Below are positions 26,301-39,283 of a stretch of DNA of 64,000 bases, one piece after another; position 1 is the stretch's first letter; every line of letters starts with the position of its first letter. The stretch is from Phoronis australis (Eukaryota; Animalia; Phoronida): assembly GCA_002633005.1 (NCBI GenBank), contig NMRA01000642.1:62001-126000 (forward strand), in the 5' to 3' direction. Made by a program: the position numbers and the translations under genes. Below the pieces are notes generated by a model. It was given only the letters and a program-made list of their open reading frames with translations, did not search any database and was not told the DNA's origin.

Positions 26301-27546
26301 AGTACCACGAAGATCCACCACCTCAAAGTCAATGAGGAAGTACTTGTTCGGATCGTTATCGCACACAAGACTGATTTTGTCCAGAGTTTGAATTTCCCCC
26401 CCACCATACGTGGTTAACTTTGTGTTAGACCGGGCCAGACAGTCAAGCGTACCCACTTTTAAGTACAAGTCAACTGGCAACGTATTTTTAGTTGCCGCAG
26501 AATTAAGCTGCCAGGGAACAGCACAAAAGGTGTCTCCTGTCACAGACAAGTCCAAATCAGTGAATAACTTTGCAGGAGTATCGTTCTTTGACTGGTCGTT
26601 GACCATGAGTAGAGAGACATCGATGTAGTCACTGTCAAAATCAGCATCATCGTCATTTACAGCATGCACTGGGTTCAACCTCTGTGTCATAGCTAAGTGC
26701 TGCGATTTCCACTTGTCTGTGGCACTACGACAGACAACTGCAAAGTGTTTCGGGACATAACAGTGTTTGCAGAAAACTCCTGGTTTTGTTGCCGCGCAGG
26801 TTTTGCGGTTATGGCATTCAGGTGCCTCACAATAATTACACTGTATAGCAGCAGGTTGCCCTGATTTGGATTTCTGTTTAGCTGCAGTGTAATTGACATG
26901 CTCATCAGTTTTGTGGGATTCCATAACACAGGTGTTTACGAGGTCTGCCGTTTCCCATGCCTTAGCTTTGGCAACGACGTCATCGAGTGTGTACACAGTT
27001 CCACCATCCGTACGGTGACGCAAAAGTTCAGCACGCAAGTGATCATCATGGAGGCCGATGATAAACCGATCTCTGATTAGCTCTCGCTCAGGGTTTGTCA
27101 TGTCATTGTATTTGCTCTTGGCCCCCATATGTTTACACAGGGCCTCGAAATCCTGAATGGATTCGTCTGGGCGTTGCCGACACTGTTCGACAAATTCCAT
27201 TCTTTCAGCCAAAACTGTCTTGTCCATTGTAATGAGCCAGGAGCTTCCGCTGCCAAGTCCAGGGGTACCCAATGTGGGTGTCATTTTTTCCCGTCATGGG
27301 CGCAGAGGTCGTCATCGTTGGGACAATGGTACTTTTCCTAATTTTTAGGACCTCGATAGGGAGGGCTATGCGGAAGGCACTAATTTCGGCCGCATAGTTT
27401 GCCGGGTTCCACTGATCATAACCCTCTTTTGAGAGATCCCGCAATTCTTGCAAAGTACAAAAGTCATTGAAAAGCCACAGCTCAATGGCCTCTGCTGTGT
27501 CATCAGTGATTGTTAGGTCGAGTTTCTGTAGCTTAGTTTTAGCCAT
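23380..27546 (-). pseudogene. Gypsy gag-pol, frameshifted
   Basis: Gag ELIRDRFIIGL with two CCHC knuckles; protease site mutated (LNSAA); RT RLPYGISSAPEEFQ and IADDILV; RNase H TDHQPL; integrase LVTVDHYS, LVTDNG and SSPQWPKGN, spread over several frames. Confidence 0.9.
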
Positions 27547-29680
27547 TTTAAGATCCTACCGCCACCACCAAGTTGATTTGTATCAGACAAGCAACGTGCA
27601 CTTAGCAATCAACCATATTTATTACTCGAAACTATCCCGCACCAAACACACTGAGAGATGCTGCCACCGGGCGAGCATCGCACACATTAAAAATATGGAT
27701 TTGAGGGCATAATAAATTTTAATCCTACATGTACTTTTGGTAACCTACTTGATAATTTGCCACAGAAACTGTTGAAAGAAATAATTAGACGGAGCTCTAC
27801 ATCTGCGGGTACCACGGTAGTATGATTACTACCTTGGAAACCCCGTTACAATCTGTTACGATGTCGTTTGTAAAGATTTTTGTTTTGACACGGGTCTTAA
27901 AACATCTAGTCGGGAAATAAGGGATCCTTATGTTATTTACTTTAAAGTTTGTCATTTTTATTTGCCGATGTAGGCTGAATATTCCTTTAACTAACTGCTG
28001 ATAGATGAATTAATGAAATGTGAATGGTTTACGTAATCTGGAAGCGTCGTGAAAATACCCTCGATGAACCGTGTATTCAATAGGTCTCTTGGTTGTTTTT
28101 TGGGAGAGGGCATAGAAGACAGGTTTACTGGAATGCATGAAGGAATTCCATCCCTTGTTAGTTTTCAACGCCCTCCACCAGTTGCCCCAAGTGTCAGTCA
28201 TCACACGAAACCCCCAGTCGCTACACATTTCAGATCCCATCAGGCTCGGATGCATGAAACGGTCCCAAATAGGGACTCGAAGGAGTTCCCTAAACCTACT
28301 GCACATTTGTGAGCTTGTGAATATCCTGATTGCCATTTCTTGTCTTGAGTATCGGCAAGGAAAAGGGAGATTAGCTTAAAAATTTTATTGAGATACGGGA
28401 AAAGCCAACGAACGATTAGTTTTGTTTTACAAAAAAACAAACACAACTACACTGTTCTTTCTATAACAGTTTAGACAAAAATACAAAAATAGGGGTAATT
28501 CATAGAAAGCAGAATTAAATAAGAAGTCAAATCAGCTCAATAGTGCATTTCTTAAAATATATATACATCCTCTCTTGTCCATAGCTCAAGATACTCTGAC
28601 ATCACCCAAATTTAAAGGTCAGAAGTCAGCACACGTGTGCAAAATATGGATCACGTGACGTCCAAAACACATTCAGCCCACAAATAGCTACAGACAAGTC
28701 CGCATTAGGCTTCCTAAGCTGCCATCCATTAGTCAAACAGTAAATGTCTGAGGCTCTTTAAGGTTTAAAAACCGGATTCTCTGAATAACATGCAGAGCTC
28801 AGTGACCCTGCAGATATGGTGATGTATCTCTTACTTCACTCTATGGAAGTTACCTGAGCTGTATGTTGACACCTGTTGTCCTAAATTGTTGTAAATATGA
28901 TCCTGATGATGTCTAATGAAAAGTCGAACTGTTGAATTGAACATGAACTTTTTTATTTGTGCGGCAATCGTCCGGTTTTTGATCTTATTGTGGCCAAAAA
29001 CTGATTTCTTTAAGGTTTACTAACATGCTCATTACTGAGTCAATTGTGACTTTTACAAATCAAAAGTCAAATCTAATTTGAATTCGCAATATACATGTAA
29101 ATGAACATTCGTAGTGATGTTTTCATGCAATGCTTATCTAATGACTACCCATTACATGACTTACATGTAATTAAGGGCTCAATCTTTAGTTATACCATTG
29201 AAAACGTGATAATGCAAAGAGGAGCTCATAATAAAGATAAAATTAGAAAAAAAACAACATATGTGAGTAAAAAATGAAAAATATTGGCAAAATATGTAGG
29301 CAAGTCAGTGGAGTCGCTACTTAGGACTGCTTCATGCAGCCCGGCAGGGACATCCCTGTTCGAATGAGAAATGTCGTAAGCTGTGGATTTTTGACACAAA
29401 GATCTAGACCTCTGTTTGCATGCCGGATATTTTATTTAAAAACAAAGTTTGTATATCGAAAGTTTTAATATCTACATGTTAATTAATTGGCGCTTATTAA
29501 CCCCTAGAATATTGGGGACAGAAAGGTATCTCCGCCCCCCAAGTTTTTGGTTGAGGGTCCTGCGTTTTTGCTGCTACCTACAGCCGACCTATCTTATTTT
29601 GATTACTTTCCTGATCCCCTAAACGAAATCCTTTAGGTTCTGTAACTGCCCACCCTCCAATCGCCTTCTTGTACTTTCAC

Positions 29681-29841
29681 CAGCCTCCCGTTCAGTAACC
29701 CTAGGACCTCGCTAAAAGGCAAGACTTCGCGAGCTTATGTGAGATATTGCCGTGTATTTAAAACTAAAACATACGACTTTGGCTTGATTTTCGTTAGGTC
29801 TAATTAGCGTGAATGTCCTACCGTAACTGAAGGCACGCCTG
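29681..29841. mobile_element. MITE, copy of 6223-6366
   Basis: gcctcccgttcagtaaccctaggacctcgc...actgaaggcacgcctg. Confidence 0.7.
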
Positions 29842-30757
29842 CTTTCCACTGATTATTGCGTCAACTTCCTGTTTATGATGTATTTCCCGTAGTACATTAG
29901 CTTCGCTGCCCAAATTTTTTCTTGAATTATTCTATATTTTGCCTATGAGTGCATTTTCCAATACACCGCTCGTATATTTACCCTCAATATTTTGAACAAA
30001 GACACTGTACTAATTTGCGTACGTCCTCATAGCAAACACCAGCTTAACGTCGCTACGGTCCATGAGACAATAATGGTGGCAGCCAATGTGGTAAGTCTTG
30101 TTAACGCCTTTGGCATACATATAATTCGCAAACAAATGAACCGAAAACGAGGAGTTGGTTGAAAACACCAAACGGACTTCTAGCCCGTAACCCTGAAGTT
30201 ATCTGGATACCCGAATTTTGTGTACGGAGTGTGGAACTGGCTAGGAACTGTCACGAAACATTTGCCATGTCCAAGTAGGCCCTATGGAGTTAGCTGAGGG
30301 TAGGAATTTTTTAGTGCTCGACAGAATTTGTGCAGCTAAGTGTTGACTTGCGGAAATTATTAGTCCCAGGGTTGGCCAAGGAACGGTCATTTTTGTTCTA
30401 ACAAGCTTAGACTTAGGATCGACCACGCCTTGGAATGAGAACCTAGTCTGTTCGCGTCGGTATCGACAAGTTCCGTATGTATTTTGCCGGACTGGCGTAT
30501 TTTCTAGGTCCGGTGGAAAAGTGAAATGTATTTTGGGTACCCAAATTAGCTACTGTATACGGAACCCCCGTGAGAGTCCAGCGGTCGTCCTAATTTGGAG
30601 CCATGAAATATGTTTATTCCTAGTTGAACATCAAGATATAAATTAATATTCATTCAAATATGTTAATCTTACGTGCACTACTGCAGCTGCTTGTTAATGT
30701 TGTCTATTTGTGCGTCAGGACGATATCAGTGAAGCAAAATCAGGTGGCCTGCCGAAT

Positions 30758-33186
30758 AGTCCTTTTGCGAGCTTATAACGATAACGCAAGATTATGTGAG
30801 ACTTAACTGTGACGTCACCGGAAGTGGGACAAAAGCTTGTGGTTTGGCCATTTGCGCGATAAGGTAGCAGAGTCATTCTGTTGTGTACTTCCGAGTTTTT
30901 AATCTTTTAGTGTGAAAAATGACAAGCAAGCATTGCTGTTATGGCAAATGAAATTTCAATTCGCACTACAATACATTCCTTCGTGTTCTGTACTAATTTC
31001 GTCCCGTGTATTTTAAACGGGCGGTAGGCGAAATCCGCTCACTGATTAAGTATTCACCTCGCCAAAAATACATTCAACACCTAAAATTATCACCTACTAA
31101 GGCGCTTACTTTCTTTAAAGATCCTTTCTGCTTCGATGAAGCATAGCTACGGGAATTCAGATGAATTTGACGAAGAATTCCAACTCTACTTTTTGGTTAC
31201 TGATAACTTTGACCGCGCACGCGATAACCACAATGTATTTCAACTAGCGCGAGACTGACCGAACCGTGTTACCTGGCGCATGACATTTGCACAATAGCAT
31301 GGGAAAATATCAAGTGAAATTTGTAAGATTTGTGATTTCAGGTAGTTTCCTCAAAATGGAGCCCGCTGAGAGAAACTCGAGTGAACCGCGAGGTTTTCAT
31401 GAATATGTTCAAGCTTTTGTAGACTAAATTGCATCCAGAGTCAGGGTATGTGCTAATTATAACTCCATGTGCACTTATTCATATTGCAATTGATTTTATT
31501 TGCTGTATTTTGAATTGTGTGGGATATATAGTCCGGATACCTATCGTCGTCAGGCTCCAATGGTCGTCTGCCATCTTCTTTCGCGTGCAGCGCAGCCACG
31601 CGGGACTTAGTGAGCTAGTCTAGAGTGCTCGTCTGCACGTTAGGTACTAATCTCTCGGGAGAAACGATCATCGAAGAATTGAGACGAAAATTGGTGCATT
31701 TACCGGCTGTTTCTTTAAACCACTTAAAAACTTGTAGATTTTACTAATGCACTTTTTTGTTCATTTTCAGAAGACATTTCTCAAATTAAGTTTTCTTCCG
31801 ACGGAAGTCAAAACAACCCAGGGAATGTTTATGCAACGTATCTATTTGTCCCAAGCACTAACCGACACCTGTTAGGCCAAAGGAAAAACGCAGCAGACAA
31901 AGGTAACACGCTGGGTGCTTAACCGTTTCGGCTCACGCATTGGTCATCAAAATATTGTCCACTTGATTTTTATTGCAAAACACAGTACTGAGCTCAACAT
32001 TTATGTTGAAATTTTTCGTTCAGGCAGTTTGAATTTATTTGAAGAAAATTTAAAAACTTGAATTGATAGAGAGTGGCCACCAATAAAGTAAAACATTCAC
32101 GTTATTTCACTATATTGCATTGTTACATACAACACAGCATGACATAATTAAAATAAAAGAAGAGATTGAGCAATAAAATGCAAATGCAACTTGGGTATTT
32201 ATTTATTTAGTTATGATTGTAGAAGCCTGTTAAATGTGACAAAAATCAATCAAACAATATGATATTGGGTAATTTATTAGATCAACTACATCGAGGTCCA
32301 ATGATCAACTTCCGCCGACCAAGTCTCAAAGCATTACACAGTTCAGTTTTGGCTGACAAGGTGTTAACAGAGAATGAAGAAAAACTGAAAAGAAAAAAGA
32401 CAGCAGAGATAAGTGGTGTTAAGAACAACAAGAGCAAAAAGTCAAATAAAGAAGTCACAAATAGAAAATAAGTACGGTCAATATGGAATAAAACAATAAT
32501 GATTTATTTTCCAGCACTAAAATTCTGAACCAATTTTAATCGATTTATAAATCGATATCATACCAGTAACACAGTTTGTAATTGAACTAGAATTGCTGTA
32601 AACCATTTTCCACCATTTTCTTGGCCTTTTTCTGCGTGGATATCTGTTCATTCAAAAGACGGCAGGATATGACGACCACATGAGTCATTATAAAATGGCT
32701 GCCGAAAAACAATGCACAGTTGAAACAACACGGCATAAATAAAAGAAAACTTTTGAATCAACGAATAATATATGTTTGTGAGAGTTGAATCAAATCCTAT
32801 TCTGATCATAACTTTGAAATGGAATAATTGGGAGAGTACGACAACAAGCCGATTTTATGCTTAGGAGGACGACTATTGGGTTCCCAAGTGTATTATCGCT
32901 CCTGTATGCCAGCGGCATTCAGCCTAGACCGGGTCGAGATCCAGCTTCAGTCCGTTCAAAGCTTCGCACAACACAAGTTCACATTGTCTTCGTCCATTCA
33001 CAGTTAATCCACGGTCCATATACCATCACTTAAATCGTGTAAATTTAAGCGAAAATTTCACCATAAGAACTCCAATAAGATTTCGCGTGTGTAGCAAAGA
33101 CTCGGGGCAAAACAAGAACATTATGGCGGGTTTTGCCCTCTTTCCGGTGACGTCACATTGACTAACCGGAAACTCACAATTGAGCT
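30758..33186. mobile_element. Decayed ISL2EU-like (Harbinger-related) DNA transposon
   Basis: AT|AG...CT|AT ends; inverted subterminal gtgacgtcaccggaa / ttccggtgacgtcac. THAP-like start MTSKHCCYGK* at 30919 (+). SAP-like RGLTVNGRRQCELVLCEALNGLKLDLDP near 32925-33010 (-). Confidence 0.55.
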
Positions 33187-33581
33187 ATTCGAATGTAGAT
33201 ATAAAAATTGAACACAATGTTCCGTATGATACATGCGCCGTTTACTACATTTGGAAATAGTCAATGGACGGGTCTAATTGACATTAGGTCATGTTAACCC
33301 AGAGTGCCAATATACCAACAAAAATTTATGTGAAATGTACATGTAACTAAAGTTGTGTATTGGAAGCCCACATGAATTTATCCAATCATTGACTGTTGTT
33401 TGCGCACGGAAGCCAGGTTCTCCTCTGATCGTTTGAAGGTGATCATTCAATACTCCAACCTTTGGGTTTGACTCAAGACCGTGGTATTAGGACGATGTTC
33501 CAGGAAGCCAATCTATCCATCACGTTCTGCGGATCTCTATGCGTTGGTTGAATTGAGTTGGTTTCCTCATCCGTCCATATT

Positions 33582-33733
33582 CAGGGGCGGATCCAGGATT
33601 ATGATTTCAGGGGGCCAGGGCAAAGTATTAGCCAGTATTTTGAGATATTCGCACCCCCGAACTGCCAAATGGAATCTGGGAGTTTAGGAGGGGGGGTGGG
33701 GCATGGCCCTCTTGGCCCCCCTCCAAATCCGCC
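33582..33733 (+). mobile_element. MITE (GGCGGATC family) abutting an assembly gap
   Basis: caggggcggatccaggatt...ccaaatccgcc. Confidence 0.7.
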
Positions 33734-34074
33734 NNNNNNNNNNNNNNNNNNNNNNNNNNNNNNNNNNNNNNNNNNNNNNNNNNNNNNNNNNNNNNNNNNN
33801 NNNNNNNNNNNNNNNNNNNNNNNNNNNNNNNNNNNNNNNNNNNNNNNNNNNNNNNNNNNNNNNNNNNNNNNNNNNNNNNNNNNNNNNNNNNNNNNNNNNN
33901 NNNNNNNNNNNNNNNNNNNNNNNNNNNNNNNNNNNNNNNNNNNNNNNNNNNNNNNNNNNNNNNNNNNNNNNNNNNNNNNNNNNNNNNNNNNNNNNNNNNN
34001 NNNNNNNNNNNNNNNNNNNNNNNNNNNNNNNNNNNNNNNNNNNNNNNNNNNNNNNNNNNNNNNNNNNNNNNNNN
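33734..34074. other. Assembly gap (N run)
   Basis: Run of N; a smaller gap lies at 34677-34686 inside a G run. Confidence 1.
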
Positions 34075-34837
34075 GGGGGGGGGTAGGATTCGCGCGAATC
34101 CGAGGTGTGTAAGAATTGGTTTGTTTTTTATAGCTGATTACAATTTCCTGACGACGTTTTTAAAATTTTTATTTTTGATCGTGTCTGTGCCGGGAACAAT
34201 GGAGCGAACGACCAAATTTCCGTCTTGACTTTAACGTCAGACTCCAGTTAATGTCAATGTCATAACAGGATGGGTAAATTTTGCAAGACGCAGTGGTTTT
34301 ATTACGGTGATTTGGACACACTCTTTTCACTGCCAGGCTACTATCAGGATGCCAGTCTTTACGTGTACGCTTTTCAAAATACATTATTTCCGGAATCACA
34401 GAAAGACTCGCACTGAGTTGTTATCCACCAACACTAAATTGAGACACGGGCAACGAGAGCCCATCGTCCTAACATACATGTACATGTACATGTAAAAGAG
34501 TGTCTCCTACTTTGTTAGCATAGATAAGAACCATTTGCGATTTGATTATTGCAGGTCGTATGCGGACATGTTCATTCACGATGCACAAATCTAACAAAAG
34601 ATGGCGCACTCTTAGGTAACGTCCATAATTGTTGTCACGGACGCACAAACTATACGCTTCATTAGAGGGGGGGGGGNNNNNNNNNNGGGGGGTCGAAGCT
34701 TGGTGCTAGAGTACGGTTTTGACGTCAAAAAGAAACGAAGTAGTCAAACAACCAAAAGATATGTTTAATAAATTCCTTTTCATGTCCTACAATCATGTCA
34801 AAACAACCATTGCAGAAACGTGGCCAATCCAATATGA

Positions 34838-35095
34838 CTCGGTCTACATGTACAAGATGTGCGACTATTACAATGTTGCGCACCAATATATCAACCGGCC
34901 TAATGTACGACGTAATGCAAAACTACAAACCAATATCATCCGGCCTACAAGATGTGCGACGTACATATTTGCAAGACTACGTACCAATTTCATCCAGACT
35001 ACATGATTTGTGACGTATTACAAGACTAAGCACCTATATTATGACCCGGTTTACAGGATGCAGTACCATACAAACAGGACTACGCACCAATTGTT
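34838..35095. repeat. Degenerate minisatellite, about 50-bp unit, about 5 copies
   Basis: Approximate consensus caagatgtgcgacgtattacaagactacgcaccaatatcatccggccta. Confidence 0.7.
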
Positions 35096-38000
35096 TCCCA
35101 TTTTACCGAGGACTAAGCGCAGTCAAGAGCCGGAATCAATTCACAAAAATACCAGCATCCAATGACAACTAACAGTTTGTAAAAGCATATTGTTTTGTAG
35201 GTAGAGACGTTGACCGGCACACCATGGTTGGTCGTAGAACAAAAGGGGCAACGCGGCAATGTCAAGCGCCTTGTTTGAAAGATCAATCAGCAAATGCAAA
35301 AACCATCAATGTATGTGTAAAAAACGCGGTGGTTTTAAGATACAGCAACCTACCTGTAAGCCAACACTGAACGGCAATAGGCACCAGTGATCTTGCGTTA
35401 ACCATGGCTAGCGGTTTCCTCATCTTCGCTTCCTCTCTCTCAACTCTCACTGCTCTAGGGTAACTAGGACAGGCATAATATTACACCTTTTACTCGGGCA
35501 AGGAAATATGTCATTTTACGGATTGGAAGAATATTTTAAGTTGCATATCATTCACAGTGTGCAGGTTCAGAGGAAACAAGCTTTGGCGTATATTTTAAAA
35601 ACACTCGCATGATAGATGACAGCGATACGTTTGAGTAGGCTAATATTGACTCTACTCCCGATCGTATGATAATCTCGTAATAATGCTACTAAACTCGAAC
35701 GGTGGTAGCGCACTTGCATCATACGATGATGTGACTCGGGTATTAATTAGGACGATTTACTTTAAAAAGAATCAAAGTTGTACATACATGGCATATATCT
35801 CATAAACAAATAGCCATTTTTGAATGCATTCGGGAGGAGGTGGTGAAGTAAAATTTGCATGGTCGTGAAAATGGCGGTAATTGTGAACGGTTCCTTAACG
35901 GGTTTCCGTAGACAAGGTTCACACCACGTCCGTCGCTAACAACCTGGAACCACAGGCGTCCTCAGTTTCTGATCGTCCCCAATACACTACATATCATACT
36001 ACAAGGTATGACACTCCCGACTAGAAATTCCACGGGTGCTTCACTTCAGCCCTCCATAACTAACATTAAACTCAATAAATTTACACAAAACAAGATTTCA
36101 ACAAACCATTGGTAATTGTTCTTTCTTTAAAAACCATTTACGGTGTCCTGATCCGGTAACTTCGTAAGAAATTCGCAATCAAAGAACAAAAATGTTCACA
36201 AAAAGCCCAAACACACTTCCATCTTGGACGGCTCGAGGTCAAGGACGGTACGGAAATTGTCAGTTTGTCGCGTAAAGTCACGATGTCGATATTGCCGTCC
36301 ATCCGTAATTCATCGCCGTCCATCTGTAATTCATCGGTAATATCACTAGCGAGATTTTGCGCGAACGCCGGTGTCCACCTGTGATGTCGTACAATCTGTT
36401 CCTGCACTACAGGAACCCACAGGGAACCAGGTGACGTTGTTAAGGACAGAGGGTCTTCAGCGAAACTCCGAGGGCGGTCGGAAAAAGAAAGAAGAGGAGG
36501 TTTAGATCGTGGCCAAAGAACGCTAGCAGGTCCAGCGATTGCACCAAATTGAAAATACAAATCTCACAAACAGAAGGCCTTGTTGAGATACGAAAATTGA
36601 CCTGTCGCCAGGATTTTGAGTGACGGCTTTACTGATCAATTGGATCGCAGCATTATTGACACGCCTTTGTTTCCAAGCCGCCATTTCACCCGTCAAACAA
36701 CACGTGGTCAGGTAAATCTTAGTTTTTTTTATCGACTTCAGGCAAGTGGGCGGAGCTTGTGAAATGTCAATTGGTAGCAATAAACCCGCACAAGGAAAAG
36801 TGACATCTATCCAGTGCCGAAGGCACCTATGCAGTTTTTTCATCTGCTTCATATTCATTAAAGGGTTTTCATTTATTCGATGGACTTCTGCAGTTGGACT
36901 TGGACGTACTATTTAAACAAAGACGCTTGATAACACTGGAAATGGTTGGTATTCAGTACAGGACTATGTTGTCTTAAGCTTAGAAATAACAATTACATTA
37001 GTGATGCTGACGCCCTCAAAAATGTACTTCATTTTTTGTGAAAATTATCTAAACATTGCTGTACTTTTCGAAGGAATGCTAAATTAATGTATTAGCTTAA
37101 TTTGAGACTGTGTTTAATATTAATTACTTGTTTGCGAATGGATTACTCGAGAGAACGAAGGGAGTAGGGGGGAAGGGAGGGGCAACACTTTCTTCCAAGA
37201 ACTACTTGAAATAGCGTCACCAAGGCGTTTTACGAGTATCAAAAGAGCGTTTGTTTGACGAGAACGTTTGGCTATACCCCTTGCAGAACCCTCATCCGTG
37301 AGTGAAGCTGACATGATAGTTTTAGTAAAAAACGTCGTCACTCAAGGAATAAGGTTACATGTTTTTAAACGCGGTTGCAAAGGTCTTGCCACGTTAAAAT
37401 AAGTCTCAGAATGTAAGAGCCCATCTTAAAGTCTTAACAAAACGGACGGGAGGCAGGGAGAAACTAAGGAGGTCAAAACCATGGGTTAAATGCGGAAAGG
37501 AAAGGTACATGTATCAATTGCTTAATGGTATATCTAGTCACACAGAAAAAATCAAGTTACTCCCCTGAAATGGTCACAGGATGAAAATACTGGAGCTACG
37601 GCCCATGGCCTAAGTTGCATAACGCTTAATTGCTTCCCAGTCAATATTTTTCTCTCTGAGAACTACGCAATGTTTCAACGGAGCCAACGTATTCGATAGA
37701 TTAAAAGGGGGTCGACTGATGATCCTGATAATTGCGTAGGGGCAATTTTTGTTCTCTTGGTTCAGTATCGGTGGAGACCATCTTCGCCAGCCCGAGATAT
37801 CATCAGTGTTGCACGTCCACAACTACACAACGTCAGCGTCCTGTTTCGCTGTTGACAAAACCAGAGGTTCTCCGGTGATGCAAGCTCGTGTTCCTAGAAT
37901 TTAGCTCCTATCGAGAAATGCATAGTCGCACGGTAGTTTTCAAAATAGTCTGAACAACGTCGTCAAAATTTTGACGCACAAACCGTTACTAATCATCTAT

Positions 38001-38753
38001 TCGTTTTCGTCAAGAATTGGTTTCAAATCAACTCGACAAAATCTCGAAAGGCGTTGTTCCATCCACGTTGTCGAAATTGCGAATTCTTATTGCTGAAGTC
38101 CAGTTCGTAAATCAACAACTAAGGGATAGTTGTTGCAACAACACTAAACAGTGAAAAAAGTGTTACTTGACTACGACAAACTTTGACTATACAATAATGT
38201 ACAGCAACACGTGTGTTAATGTTTGCATTGAGGTCCTTCTCTTGACGTGTGAATGTGTGTTTTGTTTTTGTTAAATGCCTATCAAACGTAAAAGGTGAGT
38301 GCTTCTAGAATGTAAGCTATATATAGAGAGATTTCAAGCGAACCCTATGAATTTAGCGACCATACAGTGAAAGCCGTGATGTAGAATTTTGAGCTGTGGG
38401 ATAGAATTCCCACTTCCTTTTGCTGCAAACCTACAATTGACATTTAATTGGGCCAGCGAAGGCACAACCTGTCTACACGATTATTTTTCTACTAGAACGC
38501 GCGTCCTCTGCTTTCCATTTCAAAAAGTTTTCCGTCCTCACGTTTTTTTCTTGTCGACCATGAAGCTCAATCTTCGAACAGTGTATGTTAATACGACCTG
38601 AAACGAAAGATTTATCGTCGACAAGAGACTACATGTACGATCGTGCATAGCGTTTTCAAAAAGTTGCATTTATGAGTTATGTTTTCAAATATAAATGGAG
38701 TGTTGTGGACAGGTCATCCATTCTTTCAGTATCTTTACCTTTTGTTTCCCCAG

Positions 38754-38806
38754 ATGAAGAAGTTCACTTTTCTTTTGTTGTTGACATCAATCAACCTCTG
38801 CACAAG
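38754..38806 (+). CDS. EF-hand gene 2, first coding exon (signal peptide MKKFTFLLLLTSINLCT)
   Basis: ccccag|ATG; AG|gtaaac phase-2 donor; a likely 5' UTR donor gtgagt at 38295. Confidence 0.85.
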
Positions 38807-39205
38807 GTAAACATTTAATTTGTTCATTACTCTATCCGTGTGATTTATATGTGTGTTGGGAGTCACATTTTCCCAATATGTTAGAGGTAATATTTGCTCA
38901 ATATTTTGGGGGAAATAGATCGACATCTGCCCATACCTACACAAGGTACATCCTACATACAGTTATTCTTGTTTCAAGTCCCCGTCTATCCACACGTTCA
39001 AAAAGGCACACCAGTACCAGAACGCCCAATCTTTTAAAAATGTAAATATAAAAAACTAATTGCAGGCGGTCTGGTAAACGTTGTACCAGACGTGAGCAGG
39101 TCTCACATGTGGGCCCATTGCACTGATCACCTGAAAATATGTTTATGCTTTATTAATAGATGATTAAAACCGAGCTTAGGAGGTAGAAACCTGGCTCAAG
39201 GGTTG

Positions 39206-39283
39206 GGCAGTGTGACCTGGAGGGACTCGAACCCACGAACTCGAGTAAAGAAAGCGGGCACTTATAAACCGGGCCACACTGCC
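39206..39283 (-). mobile_element. tRNA-like / SINE head in an intron
   Basis: B box GGTTCGAGTCC; A-box-like GTGGCCCGGTT; ends are complementary; the anticodon arm pairs poorly. Confidence 0.45.

Larger units (their letters stand above)
21489..27692 (-). mobile_element. Full-length degenerate Ty3/Gypsy (Mag-like) LTR retrotransposon
   Basis: LTRs of about 122 bp at 27571-27692 and 21489-21608 plus 23251-23252 (5 differences counted). PBS TGGTGGTGGCGGTAGGAT abuts the 5' LTR; PPT AGGGGAGG at 23253-23260; ATAT flanks both ends. Domain order is gag-PR-RT-RH-IN. Confidence 0.93.

Noticed and set aside
33558-34112. Long ORFs across 33.6-34.1 kb
   Set aside because: Open only because of the N gap.
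36138-36858. Minus-strand ORFs of 140 and 111 aa, possibly a LINE 5' region
   Set aside because: No recognisable motif or splice chain; cannot be assigned.
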